Of a stretch of 43,811 nucleotides of DNA, positions 25,826 through 36,024 are shown in pieces (position 1 is the stretch's first letter; each line of letters opens with the position of its first letter). A model generated the notes under the pieces. The model made no database searches. It saw only the letters and a program-made list of their open reading frames with translations, and was not told where the DNA came from. The translations under genes and the position numbers were made by a program. Origin of the DNA: a virus (taxonomy: Duplodnaviria > Caudoviricetes); IMG/VR virus record IMGVR_UViG_3300032270_000312, positions 1 to 43,811 of that record; one strand, given 5' to 3'.

Positions 25826-26122
25826 ATGCTTCCTATTCTAACTACTCTGTCGGTGATCACCAGTTGGTACGGTCCTGGCTTCCACGGAAACCTCACCGCC
25901 AATGGTGAGCGATACAATCAAAACGGCCTTACTGCAGCGCACAAGACACTCCCTTTTGGAACTAAACTTAAAGTTTGTTTCAAACGGTGTGCCGTTGTTC
26001 GGGTCAATGATCGTGGTCCCTATCATGGTAATAGGGCAATCGATCTCAGTAAAGGTGCGGCTGATCGAATCGGTCTCACTAACTCTGGAGTTGGAAGGGT
26101 TCAAGTAACTCGTCTTAACTAA
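25826..26122 (+). CDS. rlpA: RlpA-like (double-psi beta-barrel) lytic transglycosylase
   Basis: SWYG..FHG..TANGE...[11 protein letters not shown]...VRVNDRGPY...IDLSKGAA. Confidence 0.9.
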   Translation: MLPILTTLSVITSWYGPGFHGNLTANGERYNQNGLTAAHKTLPFGTKLKVCFKRCAVVRVNDRGPYHGNRAIDLSKGAADRIGLTNSGVGRVQVTRLN

Positions 26123-26130
26123 CTTCAACT

Positions 26131-27210
26131 ATGACTGCTATTCTTGCAGCTCCTCGGTCTCAGTCTAACTGGGACCGTTTTTGTGGCTGGGTAACCAGCA
26201 CTAACAACCGTCTTTATGTTGGGTGGTTCGGAGTCCTCATGATTCCGTGTCTGCTTGCAGCAACCACCTGTTTTATTCTTGCATTTATTGCGGCTCCTCC
26301 TGTCGATATTGATGGCATCCGTGAGCCCGTATCCGGGAGTCTTCTTTATGGAAACAACATCATATCGGGAGCCGTCATTCCGAGCAGCAACGCCATCGGA
26401 CTACACTTCTACCCAATTTGGGAAGCTAATTCACTTGATGAATGGCTCTACAACGGGGGTCCATTTCAGCTCACAGTCTTCCACTTCCTCATTGGCATCT
26501 ATGCTTACATGGGACGAGAGTGGGAACTTAGCTATCGACTAGGGATGCGTCCCTGGATTTTTGTCGCGTATTCTGCTCCTGTCGCCGCCGCTTCCGCAGT
26601 ATTTTTGGTCTATCCGTTTGGTCAAGGTTCGTTCTCCGATGCTATGCCTTTGGGCATTTCGGGAACCTTTAACTACATGCTGGTGTTCCAAGCCGAACAT
26701 AACATTCTCATGCACCCCTTCCATATGTTGGGTGTTGCTGGTGTGTTTGGTGGATCGCTATTCAGTGCAATGCATGGTTCGCTTGTTACATCCTCGCTTG
26801 TGCGTGAAACTACTGAAACGGAAAGCCAGAACTATGGGTACAAGTTTGGACAAGAAGAAGAAACTTATAACATTGTCGCTGCTCACGGCTACTTTGGTAG
26901 GCTTATCTTCCAGTACGCTTCCTTTAATAACAGCCGTAGCCTTCACTTCTTCCTCGCTGCTTGGCCTGTGGTTGGCATTTGGTTTGCTGCACTTGGAGTA
27001 AGTACTATGGCGTTTAACCTGAATGGTTTTAACTTTAACCAATCACTCCTTGATAACCAAGGCAACGTCATCAACACCTGGGCAGACATCCTCAACCGAG
27101 CTGGTCTTGGCTTTGAGGTAATGCACGAACGAAATGCACACAACTTCCCGCTTGATCTTGCTGCAGCTGAGACCACTCCGGTGGCTTTGACTGCACCGAT
27201 CATCGGTTAA
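26131..27210 (+). CDS. psbA: Photosystem II D1 protein
   Basis: Full-length D1: [43 protein letters not shown]. Confidence 0.99.
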   Translation: MTAILAAPRSQSNWDRFCGWVTSTNNRLYVGWFGVLMIPCLLAATTCFILAFIAAPPVDIDGIREPVSGSLLYGNNIISGAVIPSSNAIGLHFYPIWEANSLDEWLYNGGPFQLTVFHFLIGIYAYMGREWELSYRLGMRPWIFVAYSAPVAAASAVFLVYPFGQGSFSDAMPLGISGTFNYMLVFQAEHNILMHPFHMLGVAGVFGGSLFSAMHGSLVTSSLVRETTETESQNYGYKFGQEEETYNIVAAHGYFGRLIFQYASFNNSRSLHFFLAAWPVVGIWFAALGVSTMAFNLNGFNFNQSLLDNQGNVINTWADILNRAGLGFEVMHERNAHNFPLDLAAAETTPVALTAPIIG

Positions 27211-27374
27211 TTTAATAAGGTTGGGGACACCTCAAAGTCGGATCCCCTTCCTATTGGCGTTGGCCCTTACGAGGACACCCTTCGCCGTCTAGACGGTGGG
27301 ATAGACCACAATAAAAACTAAATAACTCTGAACGTTCAGAGAGTCGATTAAACATTAACTCTCTTAAAAAAACA

Positions 27375-28499
27375 ATGGCTCATCAATCTAGTGTTGACCC
27401 GGCGCTGCTTACGCGCCCTGGTCAATCTAATGGTGCGGGCGATGCCCGTGCTCTTTACCTGAAACTGTTTTCGGGTGAAATGTTCAAAGGCTTCCAGCGC
27501 GAGTCGATTGCTCGTGATCTGGTGATGAAGCGCACCCTCAAGGGTGGCAAGAGCCTGCAGTTCATCTATACCGGTCGTACCACGGCTGAGTATCACACCC
27601 CCGGCAATAGCATCCTTGGTAACACCGATGGTGCACCTCCGGTGGCTGAGAAGACCATCACCTGTGATGACCTTCTAATTAGTTCGGCTTTCGTGTACGA
27701 ACTGGATGAGGTGCTTTCGCACTACGACCTGCGTAGCGAAATCAGCCGCAAGATTGGTTATGCTCTCGCTGAGAAGTATGACCGTTATATCTTCCGTGCT
27801 ATCGCTCGTGGTGCTCGTTCTGCTAGCCCCATCACCAAGGCCAGCTTCGTTGAGCCTGGTGGTACCCAGATTCGTGTTGGTACTTCTGCCAACGATTCTG
27901 ACGCTTTTGATTCCGCTGCTCTGGTGGCTGCGTTCTATGACGCTGCTGCTGCTATGGATGAGAAAGGTGTAACCTCTGATGGTCGTGTGGGTGTTCTGAA
28001 CCCCCGCCAGTACTACGCTCTGATCCAAGCTATCGGTTCCAACGGTCTGGTGAACCGCGATTCTCAAGGTGATAGCCTGCAGAACGGTAACGGCATCATC
28101 GAGATCGCCGGTATCAAGATCTACAAGTCCATGAACATTCCGTTCCTGGGTAACTACGGTGCTGCTTACGGCGGTACCACCGGCGAAACTGCTCCTGGCA
28201 ACCTGGGTAGCTTCGTGAACCCTGCTCTGGATAACGCTAGCCCCGCTACCACCGGTATCCAGAATGACTACGGTACTGCTGCTGAAGTTGGCAGCAAGTC
28301 CTGCGGTCTGATCTTCCAGCGTGAAGCTGCTGGTGTGGTTGAGGCCATTGGTCCTCAAGTGCAAGTGACCAGCGGCGACGTGTCGGTGATCTATCAGGGC
28401 GACGTGATCCTTGGCCGTCTGGCCATGGGCGCCGACTACCTGAACCCCGCCTGCGCTGTTGAGCTGTATGTGGGTGCTACCGCTCCTTCTGCTTTCTGA
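27375..28499 (+). CDS. Major capsid protein (gp10-like)
   Basis: ALYLKLFSGE, GKSLQF, DDLL, YDLRSE. Confidence 0.96.
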   Translation: MAHQSSVDPALLTRPGQSNGAGDARALYLKLFSGEMFKGFQRESIARDLVMKRTLKGGKSLQFIYTGRTTAEYHTPGNSILGNTDGAPPVAEKTITCDDLLISSAFVYELDEVLSHYDLRSEISRKIGYALAEKYDRYIFRAIARGARSASPITKASFVEPGGTQIRVGTSANDSDAFDSAALVAAFYDAAAAMDEKGVTSDGRVGVLNPRQYYALIQAIGSNGLVNRDSQGDSLQNGNGIIEIAGIKIYKSMNIPFLGNYGAAYGGTTGETAPGNLGSFVNPALDNASPATTGIQNDYGTAAEVGSKSCGLIFQREAAGVVEAIGPQVQVTSGDVSVIYQGDVILGRLAMGADYLNPACAVELYVGATAPSAF

Positions 28500-28538
28500 T
28501 TCTTTGTGATCAAGAGTTGGCTCGCTAACTCGCCTACG

Positions 28539-28564
28539 GGGACTCTTCGGAGTCCCTTTTTTTT
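28539..28564 (+). terminator. Post-capsid terminator (T7 Tphi position)
   Basis: GGGACTC-TTCG-GAGTCCC followed by T8; a second small hairpin lies at 28514-28531. Confidence 0.9.
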
Positions 28565-28582
28565 ATTATCTAACTGATAGAG

Positions 28583-29197
28583 ATGCCTGCTACTTATGCT
28601 GCGTCCACCGAACTGGATGCTGTCAATCAAATACTTAGCTCAGTAGGACAGGCTCCTGTCACTACGCTAGATCTGCAAAACCCTGAAGTATCTATTGTCC
28701 TAAGCACCTTGAGGGAAGTGAACCGCCAGGTTCAGTCCGAGGGATGGCTGTTTAATACCGAACGTGGTTACGAGTTTACTCCTGATGCCGTAACTGGTTT
28801 CATTGAGTATCCAACCAACGTAATTGCTCTAGATACTACTGTAGACGATCACGGTAGTACTTACGATCCGGTCCGTAGGGACGGAAAGATGTATGACCGT
28901 CTTGAACACACCTTTGTGTGGACTGATCCAATCAAGTGCGATGTCACTTGGTTCTTTGCATACGAAGACGTTCCCCCTCCTATTCAGGTCTACATCACTG
29001 CGCGTGCTGCAAAGCTTGTGGCTGTGAAGCTGGTTGGGGATAAAGAGATTTATTCACTGCTGCAAGAGCAGGAGCTGTACACCCGAGCAGCTGCTCTTGA
29101 ATATGATTGCAACCAAGGGGATTACTCGATCTTTGGTTGGCGAGATGGACAAGGAACTTACACCAGTTATCAACCATACCACGCTCTTACTAGATGA
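28583..29197 (+). CDS. Tail tubular protein A (gp11-like)
   Basis: TELDAVNQIL..VGQAPV, VQSEGWLFN, YITARAA. Confidence 0.93.
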   Translation: MPATYAASTELDAVNQILSSVGQAPVTTLDLQNPEVSIVLSTLREVNRQVQSEGWLFNTERGYEFTPDAVTGFIEYPTNVIALDTTVDDHGSTYDPVRRDGKMYDRLEHTFVWTDPIKCDVTWFFAYEDVPPPIQVYITARAAKLVAVKLVGDKEIYSLLQEQELYTRAAALEYDCNQGDYSIFGWRDGQGTYTSYQPYHALTR

Positions 29198-32127
29198 GTA
29201 CGATAACCCAACGGATTCCCAACTTCTTAGGCGGGATCTCTCAGCAACCTGACTACCTTAAATATCCTGGTCAGTTAGTCGATAGCATCAACACATACCC
29301 TGACTATGCACTTGGTCTTTTGAAGAGACCTGGTGGTAGCTTTGTTGCTGAGCTGTACGGTGCTAACACCTCAGGCCGTTGGTTCTCAATTCTGAGAGAT
29401 AACGAAGAAAAATACGTCGCTCAATATAGTGACAACAAATTTCGCGTCTGGAGCCTTCTAGATGGCTCTGTAAGAGCTGTTGACATGCACACCAATACCG
29501 GAGTACCGGGAACGTGCAACCTGGCCACGCTGAAGACGAGAGTGACCGATTACAACACGGCTGTAGCTCTCCGCAAAACAAGACTTGAAGAGCTGAACGC
29601 AGCTCAAGCAACCTATGCAGAAAGGCTTGCTGGTCAAAACACAACGCAGCAAATTTTATTTGATGTCAACACAACATACGCTAATGACTATGTGCAAAGC
29701 GTATATTCGGGCATCATTAGAAACACGGTAACTAATCAGTACTACATCAAGTCTTCTGGCACCATTCTTGGTAGTGGCAGCGGGACAATTACGTATCCTG
29801 CTGGATACAGTCAAGGCACTGAGCGAACAGGAGAGTACCCTTGGTTAGCACAGCAAAGCTACAGGGTCTATGAGTTGGTTCAAACGGTAGCCGCTGCGTT
29901 TACAGCCGGTCAGTTGGCCACTGCTCTGACAGCAATGAATACGGCTCAGACAAACTACAACAACGCCGTATCTGATGAGGCAACGAAGAAAGGCCTGTAT
30001 GACACAGCTGTCAGCAACTGCAATATCACCACAGTTCCAAGCAATGCGTATCTAAAGGATGCCACTCCTGATGACATTGAACTGCTGACCCTTAACGACT
30101 ACACCTTTGTACTGAATAAGGCACGAGTGCCTGCTATGAAGGCAACAACTACAGCTGCCCTTCCAAAGCAAGCATTTGTGGTAATTAGCATTGTGGCCTA
30201 CAACGCTAACTACACGATCACTCTTAACGGTACGAACTACACAACCACCACCCCTCAGGACGTAACTGGTGGTGTTACCGATGCTGGAACCATCGCAACT
30301 GCATTGGCTACGGCAATCAACGGTGCAGGTGGCTTCACAGCCGTGTCTGTTGGACCTGGTATCTACATCAGCCATGCAAGCGCCTTCACGGTTACCACAA
30401 AGGGTTCTGCTGCTGAGGAGGGCTTGTATGTCTTCCAGGATCAGATCGGATCAATCGGCAAGCTCCCGATCCAATGCAAAGACGGATACAAGGTAAAGGT
30501 CGTCAACACTACTGACATTGAAGTGGATGACATGTGGGTTGAGTTCAACACGACCAACAGTCAGACATACGGCCCTGGTGTATGGGAAGAGACGAACGCT
30601 CCCGGTATCACGTACGAACTAGATGAGCTGACAATGCCTCATCAGTTGGTCCGTCAGTCTGATGGATCATTCAAGTTTGAACCAGTTTCGTGGGAAGACC
30701 GAGTGGTGGGTGATCTCACTACCAACCCTGACCCAAGCTTTATCGGTTCTACAATTCGGAATATCTTCTTCTACAGAAACCGCCTTGGCTTCTTGTCAGA
30801 GGAATCGGTGGTACTGAGCAAAGCTGGTGATTACTTCAACTTCTTTGCTACGACTGCACAGGTGGTAACGGATGATGATCCGATTGACATTACTGCAACC
30901 TCCACCAAACCTGTCACACTCAACTATGTTCAGAACTCCAACACAGGCCTTGTCCTGTTTGGACAGAATGAACAGTTCCTGTTGAGCACTGAAGCAACTG
31001 ACATTCTAAGCCCAAAGACTGCCAACCTAAACTCTTTGTCTAAGTACGAAGCAGATTCAGAGGTTGAGTCGGTAAACCTTGGTACATCTCTTGCTTTCCT
31101 GTCAAAGACCAACCTGTACACCCGTGTGTTCCAACTGGGTCGTATTAGGTCTGATATGCCGCCAGTACAGGCAGCAGTAACCACAACGGTATCTGAGCTG
31201 ATCCCGTCAAGCGTTGATTCGATGATTGCAAGCCCTGCATTGTCGATGATCTCGATTGGGGAACAAGGAACAAACACGCTGTACCAGTACAAGTTCTACG
31301 ACTCTGAAGAAGAGCGTGTACAAAGCACTTGGTACAAGTGGGAGATGACAGGCAATCTGCTGGATCAGTTCTTTGACATCAGCACGTTCTACGCTGTGGT
31401 CTCTAACGGAACAAAAGTACTGGTATCGTCCTTTGACCTGACACAGGCAAGTGAGCAAGGGTATCTGACGCTTCCTACTGGAGAGCGTACCGATGTGTGT
31501 CTTGACTTCTTCAACATCAACCCGTATCGGACTTACAACTCAAGTACTGATCAGACAACTGTTTACTTGCCGTTTAACCACGTCACTGGCAAGACCCTTT
31601 CCGTAATTGCTCTTGGTGGGTACATAGGAGCCTCTCCAACGGTCTCCAGTCAGACGGTAGGGGCAATCCTTTATCCAACCGTACAAGTCACCTCAGGGGC
31701 TTACTACGTGGTCCTAGAGGGCGACTACAGAGGCCGAGATTTGATTCTTGGCTACTTGTACGACATGACCGTGGAGATTCCCAAGATCTATCCAGGGTCG
31801 TCCGATGGCAGGCAGTGGAAGGCGGATACGACTTCTAGCTGCATTGTGCATCGACTGAAGATTGAGACGGGCTTAAGCGGTCCAATCACGTACAAAGTCA
31901 ACATTACGGGCTTGGATGAGTGGGACAACGTAATCAACGTAACGTTACCTGCTCAATACGCTTTGAACAATGTGAACCTATCGGCATCAGCCACTCACGT
32001 TGTACCTATTCATCAGCGAAACAAAAACCTTCGTATCCGCATTATTGGTGATACTCCTTTCCCCGTAACTCTCAGCAGTATGCAATGGGAAGGCAAGTAC
32101 AACACGAACTTCTACACCCGAAGATAG
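29194..32127 (+). CDS. Tail tubular protein B / nozzle (gp12-like)
   Basis: GGISQQPD, GLLKRPG, FYRNRLGFLS, DDDPID. Confidence 0.93.
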   Translation: MSTITQRIPNFLGGISQQPDYLKYPGQLVDSINTYPDYALGLLKRPGGSFVAELYGANTSGRWFSILRDNEEKYVAQYSDNKFRVWSLLDGSVRAVDMHTNTGVPGTCNLATLKTRVTDYNTAVALRKTRLEELNAAQATYAERLAGQNTTQQILFDVNTTYANDYVQSVYSGIIRNTVTNQYYIKSSGTILGSGSGTITYPAGYSQGTERTGEYPWLAQQSYRVYELVQTVAAAFTAGQLATALTAMNTAQTNYNNAVSDEATKKGLYDTAVSNCNITTVPSNAYLKDATPDDIELLTLNDYTFVLNKARVPAMKATTTAALPKQAFVVISIVAYNANYTITLNGTNYTTTTPQDVTGGVTDAGTIATALATAINGAGGFTAVSVGPGIYISHASAFTVTTKGSAAEEGLYVFQDQIGSIGKLPIQCKDGYKVKVVNTTDIEVDDMWVEFNTTNSQTYGPGVWEETNAPGITYELDELTMPHQLVRQSDGSFKFEPVSWEDRVVGDLTTNPDPSFIGSTIRNIFFYRNRLGFLSEESVVLSKAGDYFNFFATTAQVVTDDDPIDITATSTKPVTLNYVQNSNTGLVLFGQNEQFLLSTEATDILSPKTANLNSLSKYEADSEVESVNLGTSLAFLSKTNLYTRVFQLGRIRSDMPPVQAAVTTTVSELIPSSVDSMIASPALSMISIGEQGTNTLYQYKFYDSEEERVQSTWYKWEMTGNLLDQFFDISTFYAVVSNGTKVLVSSFDLTQASEQGYLTLPTGERTDVCLDFFNINPYRTYNSSTDQTTVYLPFNHVTGKTLSVIALGGYIGASPTVSSQTVGAILYPTVQVTSGAYYVVLEGDYRGRDLILGYLYDMTVEIPKIYPGSSDGRQWKADTTSSCIVHRLKIETGLSGPITYKVNITGLDEWDNVINVTLPAQYALNNVNLSASATHVVPIHQRNKNLRIRIIGDTPFPVTLSSMQWEGKYNTNFYTRR

Positions 32128-32128
32128 T

Positions 32129-32584
32129 ATGTCTAAAGAGTCCCGATCCGGCTGTGTGATCAGGAAAGCAACAATTGAAGATGTTGTTGCAGTAGCGAAC
32201 AATCTGATTGAACCAGCAGTCCACGAGATGCAACGAGCAGAAATAAATCCTGCGCTTCAGTTGTTTCGTGATTTCAAAACCTATACCACCTATGTGGCAT
32301 TGGCACCTGATGACAAGCCAATGGGACTCTTTGGCGTGAACAAGGAGGGTAATGCGTGGATGCAGAAAACCAACAAGATCTACGAGTATCCACGCTACTT
32401 TGTCCAAGCTTTTAAGACGTGGCTTAAAAGCCAGCCACATCCACTTCTATATAACTACGTTGACATTCAACACACAAAGGAACTGACCCTTTTGAAGAAG
32501 CTTGGGTTCAAGTTCCTAAGGGTTATTCCAATGACTAAAAACAACAACTATTACGTGGAGTTTGTACGCTTATGGATCCAATAA
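32129..32584 (+). CDS. gp13-like protein (acetyltransferase-like fold)
   Basis: Position after gp12; LYNYVD...LLKKLGFKF. Confidence 0.7.
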   Translation: MSKESRSGCVIRKATIEDVVAVANNLIEPAVHEMQRAEINPALQLFRDFKTYTTYVALAPDDKPMGLFGVNKEGNAWMQKTNKIYEYPRYFVQAFKTWLKSQPHPLLYNYVDIQHTKELTLLKKLGFKFLRVIPMTKNNNYYVEFVRLWIQ

Positions 32585-33231
32585 GTGCATTTAGCATAGG
32601 GATGGGTCTGTTCCAGGGCGGCATGTCAATGTTTGGCCCTAAGGACTACTCAGCCCAAGCTTCTGCTGCCTACCAAAACGAGCTGGGGATACGTCAGGCG
32701 GACATTATGAACCGCCAGAAAGAACGAGCTTCTGGACGGGCCAAGGTAGCTACTGAGGAGCAGATTTTTGAGAACAGAGATGCTGCTAGTCGTGCAATGG
32801 CTAGGGAGCAAGCCCGTATGAACGAACAGCTTCTTGGGTTCTCACTTGGTCGTCAAAGCCTTATTCGTGAACGAATCCTCGCTCAGGGTCAAGGCAACGC
32901 TGTTGAACGATACGGTCGTAGTGCCCGGCGAATCCGAGACATCGACATCGTTGGGGAATATGGCAGACAGAACGCACTGTTCAGTGAAAACGTAGCCAGT
33001 GCTGGTCGTCAGTTCGGTCGCAACATGACTGACTTGGCACGTCAGCGGTACGACGCTGATCGACAAGCTGTTGGAAGTCTGCAGGCACAGCTTGACGGGT
33101 TTATGCCTGTAATGGCTCAAACCACTTACAACCCACCAACCAATAACAATGCTGCACTAGGAATTGGTCAAGGTCTTATGACTGGCCTACAAACTGGATT
33201 CAGCATGGATAGCATGTTGAGGAAGAAATGA
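32572..33231 (+). CDS. Internal virion protein (gp14-like)
   Basis: Gly-rich hydrophobic termini, helical middle, synteny. Confidence 0.7.
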   Translation: MDPISAFSIGMGLFQGGMSMFGPKDYSAQASAAYQNELGIRQADIMNRQKERASGRAKVATEEQIFENRDAASRAMAREQARMNEQLLGFSLGRQSLIRERILAQGQGNAVERYGRSARRIRDIDIVGEYGRQNALFSENVASAGRQFGRNMTDLARQRYDADRQAVGSLQAQLDGFMPVMAQTTYNPPTNNNAALGIGQGLMTGLQTGFSMDSMLRKK

Positions 33232-36017
33232 GTCCTATTAAACCATTTGGTGGTCAAGTTGAATTTCAAGGTTCAGCAAAAGGTGGTGCCTTTGATCCGT
33301 ATAACGTAGCTGATCCTAATGCTGGGTTGTCTGGAAAGCTTTCCTCAATCAACGAAAGCTTTAAGTTGATGGAACGAGGCCAGACTGCCAACTACGAGCA
33401 GCAAGGCCGAAACATCCGTCAACTAGCTGACTTCTCAGAGACCCTGAGCAGCTTCGTCAATGAGGGCGCTAAGTACTACAGCCAGTTTGAAGAAGAACAA
33501 GCAGCTCTGTTGTTTGCACAAGATCAAACTGCTCAAGCTGCAGCGATCCAAGAGATCGAACCACAAGAAGAAGCACTACAGCAAGTCAACTACGTTCACA
33601 ACGAACAGGCTGCTCAGGCAATTAAAGAAGGTGCTCCTATTGAGGTGGTCGAACGGCTGAAGTCCCTTGGGGGTCTTCGTGGTTACTACTACAAGCGGAA
33701 CGCTGCCAAACACTTTGGTTCTACGTTTAAGGAGTGGGCTAGCTCACAATTCCTTAGCAACACTGATGCCGTTGAAGTTGATGGCGTAAAAAAAGCTGTA
33801 AACGACCCAACCTGGGAACCGCAGCACAAAGCAGCAATTATGCAGCGGCTGCTGGGAAAGTACATGACCGAGAACGGTCTTACCCAAATCAGCCAGGGCC
33901 TGCTTGCTAAATACGCTCTTCCCGAGATCAACAAAGCTCAGTCTGAATTGATGTCGGTGTTCAGGAAGGAGCACGGCATTGCTCAATCCGCCATGAAGCG
34001 AGATGAGCTGATGGCCAACTTTGTGACGGATAAGAGATTTGGCGATCTTCTGCTTGGTCTTTCTGTCACCTACGACGAACGAGGTAATGCGCTTGGCTTC
34101 CCTGGTGCCTGGAAAACGGGCATGGCCTACATCAAAGATATGTTTGATGCAGGGATGATCAATGAAGATAATCTGGTTGCTATTGAGCAACAAGTGGATC
34201 CACAGACAGGTAAGACTTTTAAAGAGCGGTGGCCTGTCAAGTTTCAACTCCTTCGTGAAGAACTAGCTGCTGCTAACAGACAGAACTCAGCAGATGAAGA
34301 GGCTGAGATTGCCATGAAGGCAAAGGATGCTGAAAGGGAGTTGATGGATTTCTTTAATCAGAATCCGGATCAAGCCACTGAGATCAATATCAAAAAAGCA
34401 CAGCAGGACTTCTTCCAGAAATTTACACGGAAGAGTGACGCACTTAGCACTCTTGAATCGACCTACTCTGTAGATGCTCTTGGTTCTCAACGGCTGAACG
34501 ATCAGTTCAAGAACCTTGCAGAGCAGAACATGCTGACACCGGAAAGCGTTGCCAAAGCGCCGTGGGAAGTACAGCAAAAGTGGATGTCTGTGGCTACGAA
34601 GCAAGAGGAAGCAAGATCCTCGCAAGGTGGGTTCAAAGATAAACTCAAGGCTATCGAGAACACTGTTAAAAGTGATCCTCGTGTAAAGGTGTCCCCCGAT
34701 GGGTCAACCAGTGGTATGGCCACGCTGGTTATTGGTGAACTGCAAGCTAAGTTCAACAGAAAAGTTGCTGAATATATTGGGATTGGCATAGCACCAAAGG
34801 ATGCTGCAAATACAGCTGTAACAGAAGTAATGGCTGAATTTTCAAATCCAAATGGAGCTTATGCCATTAACAAGTATGGTGAGTTTTCAAACTTCAAACT
34901 TAGCAATGCAAAAACAACCAAGGCGTACAATCTGAAACTAAACAAGATTAGAACCGCAATCATAAACGGTGGCAAAGGGTCACTGGATAAAATGCCAGGA
35001 CTGCTTTTTGACTCAGGGGAGCTAAAAGCTATTGAAGAGAAGTACGGAAGCCCTGGCTTTACCGTTCCAGCTGAAGCTCAGTACTGGGGCTCCAAACTTG
35101 GCATTACCCCACTTGAAGTGATCAACCGTCAACGTCGTGCAGCGGGGATGCCTGAACTGGCTACACCTCAATCAATAGAGCGGATTCAAGGCACCATCTC
35201 TCCTCAACTGCAAGGAATCCTTAATCGTTATCAGTCGTATAACCGCTCTGTAAGGGCCTTGAGCAGCATGGGACGCTTTGAACCTGCTGCTGTACCCAAA
35301 GGCTTTGGAGGCACCATACAGACGGCTGCAAAGGCCAATGGCATTGACCCTGCAATCCTTGCTGGTTTGCTTGAAGTAGAATCCCGTTGGCGTGATGATG
35401 TTATCTACGGCAAAACAAGATCCAAAAAAGGCGCCAGAGGTATCGCTCAAATCATGCCTGAGTATCATCCTGGCGTAAATTATGACGATCCCATTGCCAG
35501 TATTAACTACGCTGCGAAATACCTATCTAGCCTGCAGCGTCAATTTGGCGGTGACATGCGTCTTGCATTAATTGCATACAACGCTGGGCCTGGGAACGTA
35601 GAGAAGTACCGTGGTCCTATCCCCGGTGATGCTGAAAGCTCTAGCTATTACAGCAATGTAATTAAATCTGCTGCTAAGTACGGCTACGGTCGTGCTTGGC
35701 AAGATCCCGCAACAATGCGTGGAAAGTTTCGTACGATTGAATATTTGAGTGGTGATCCCGCCCACAAGTCTTCCTACAGGGCAGACCACGGCGGTGACAA
35801 CTACCACGATCACATTGCTTTTGCTACGCGCAAGGAACGTGATGCTGCAATCAAAAAGCTAACTGCTGCTGGCATCCAAGTCGGCTCGGTCGATAGACCG
35901 GGAGATCCGGGTAATCACGGCAAAGGATTAGCTATTGATATTCCAGGTTCACAAGTTCCAGTTGGCAAAGAAAAAGAACTCTCCAGGCGGGTACGCTCGA
36001 TTCTGGGTATTAGTTAA
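33228..36017 (+). CDS. Internal virion protein (gp15-like) with C-terminal lytic transglycosylase and peptidase-like domains
   Basis: Synteny; SLT motifs EVES, GARGIAQIMP, AYNAGPGNV. Confidence 0.85.
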   Translation: MSPIKPFGGQVEFQGSAKGGAFDPYNVADPNAGLSGKLSSINESFKLMERGQTANYEQQGRNIRQLADFSETLSSFVNEGAKYYSQFEEEQAALLFAQDQTAQAAAIQEIEPQEEALQQVNYVHNEQAAQAIKEGAPIEVVERLKSLGGLRGYYYKRNAAKHFGSTFKEWASSQFLSNTDAVEVDGVKKAVNDPTWEPQHKAAIMQRLLGKYMTENGLTQISQGLLAKYALPEINKAQSELMSVFRKEHGIAQSAMKRDELMANFVTDKRFGDLLLGLSVTYDERGNALGFPGAWKTGMAYIKDMFDAGMINEDNLVAIEQQVDPQTGKTFKERWPVKFQLLREELAAANRQNSADEEAEIAMKAKDAERELMDFFNQNPDQATEINIKKAQQDFFQKFTRKSDALSTLESTYSVDALGSQRLNDQFKNLAEQNMLTPESVAKAPWEVQQKWMSVATKQEEARSSQGGFKDKLKAIENTVKSDPRVKVSPDGSTSGMATLVIGELQAKFNRKVAEYIGIGIAPKDAANTAVTEVMAEFSNPNGAYAINKYGEFSNFKLSNAKTTKAYNLKLNKIRTAIINGGKGSLDKMPGLLFDSGELKAIEEKYGSPGFTVPAEAQYWGSKLGITPLEVINRQRRAAGMPELATPQSIERIQGTISPQLQGILNRYQSYNRSVRALSSMGRFEPAAVPKGFGGTIQTAAKANGIDPAILAGLLEVESRWRDDVIYGKTRSKKGARGIAQIMPEYHPGVNYDDPIASINYAAKYLSSLQRQFGGDMRLALIAYNAGPGNVEKYRGPIPGDAESSSYYSNVIKSAAKYGYGRAWQDPATMRGKFRTIEYLSGDPAHKSSYRADHGGDNYHDHIAFATRKERDAAIKKLTAAGIQVGSVDRPGDPGNHGKGLAIDIPGSQVPVGKEKELSRRVRSILGIS

Positions 36018-36024
36018 ATGAGAA

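Noticed and set aside
26131-27210. Intron or homing element in psbA
   Set aside because: ORF is continuous and of normal D1 length
28480-28540. T7 10B-style capsid frameshift extension
   Set aside because: No clear slippery site and no long alternative frame before the terminator
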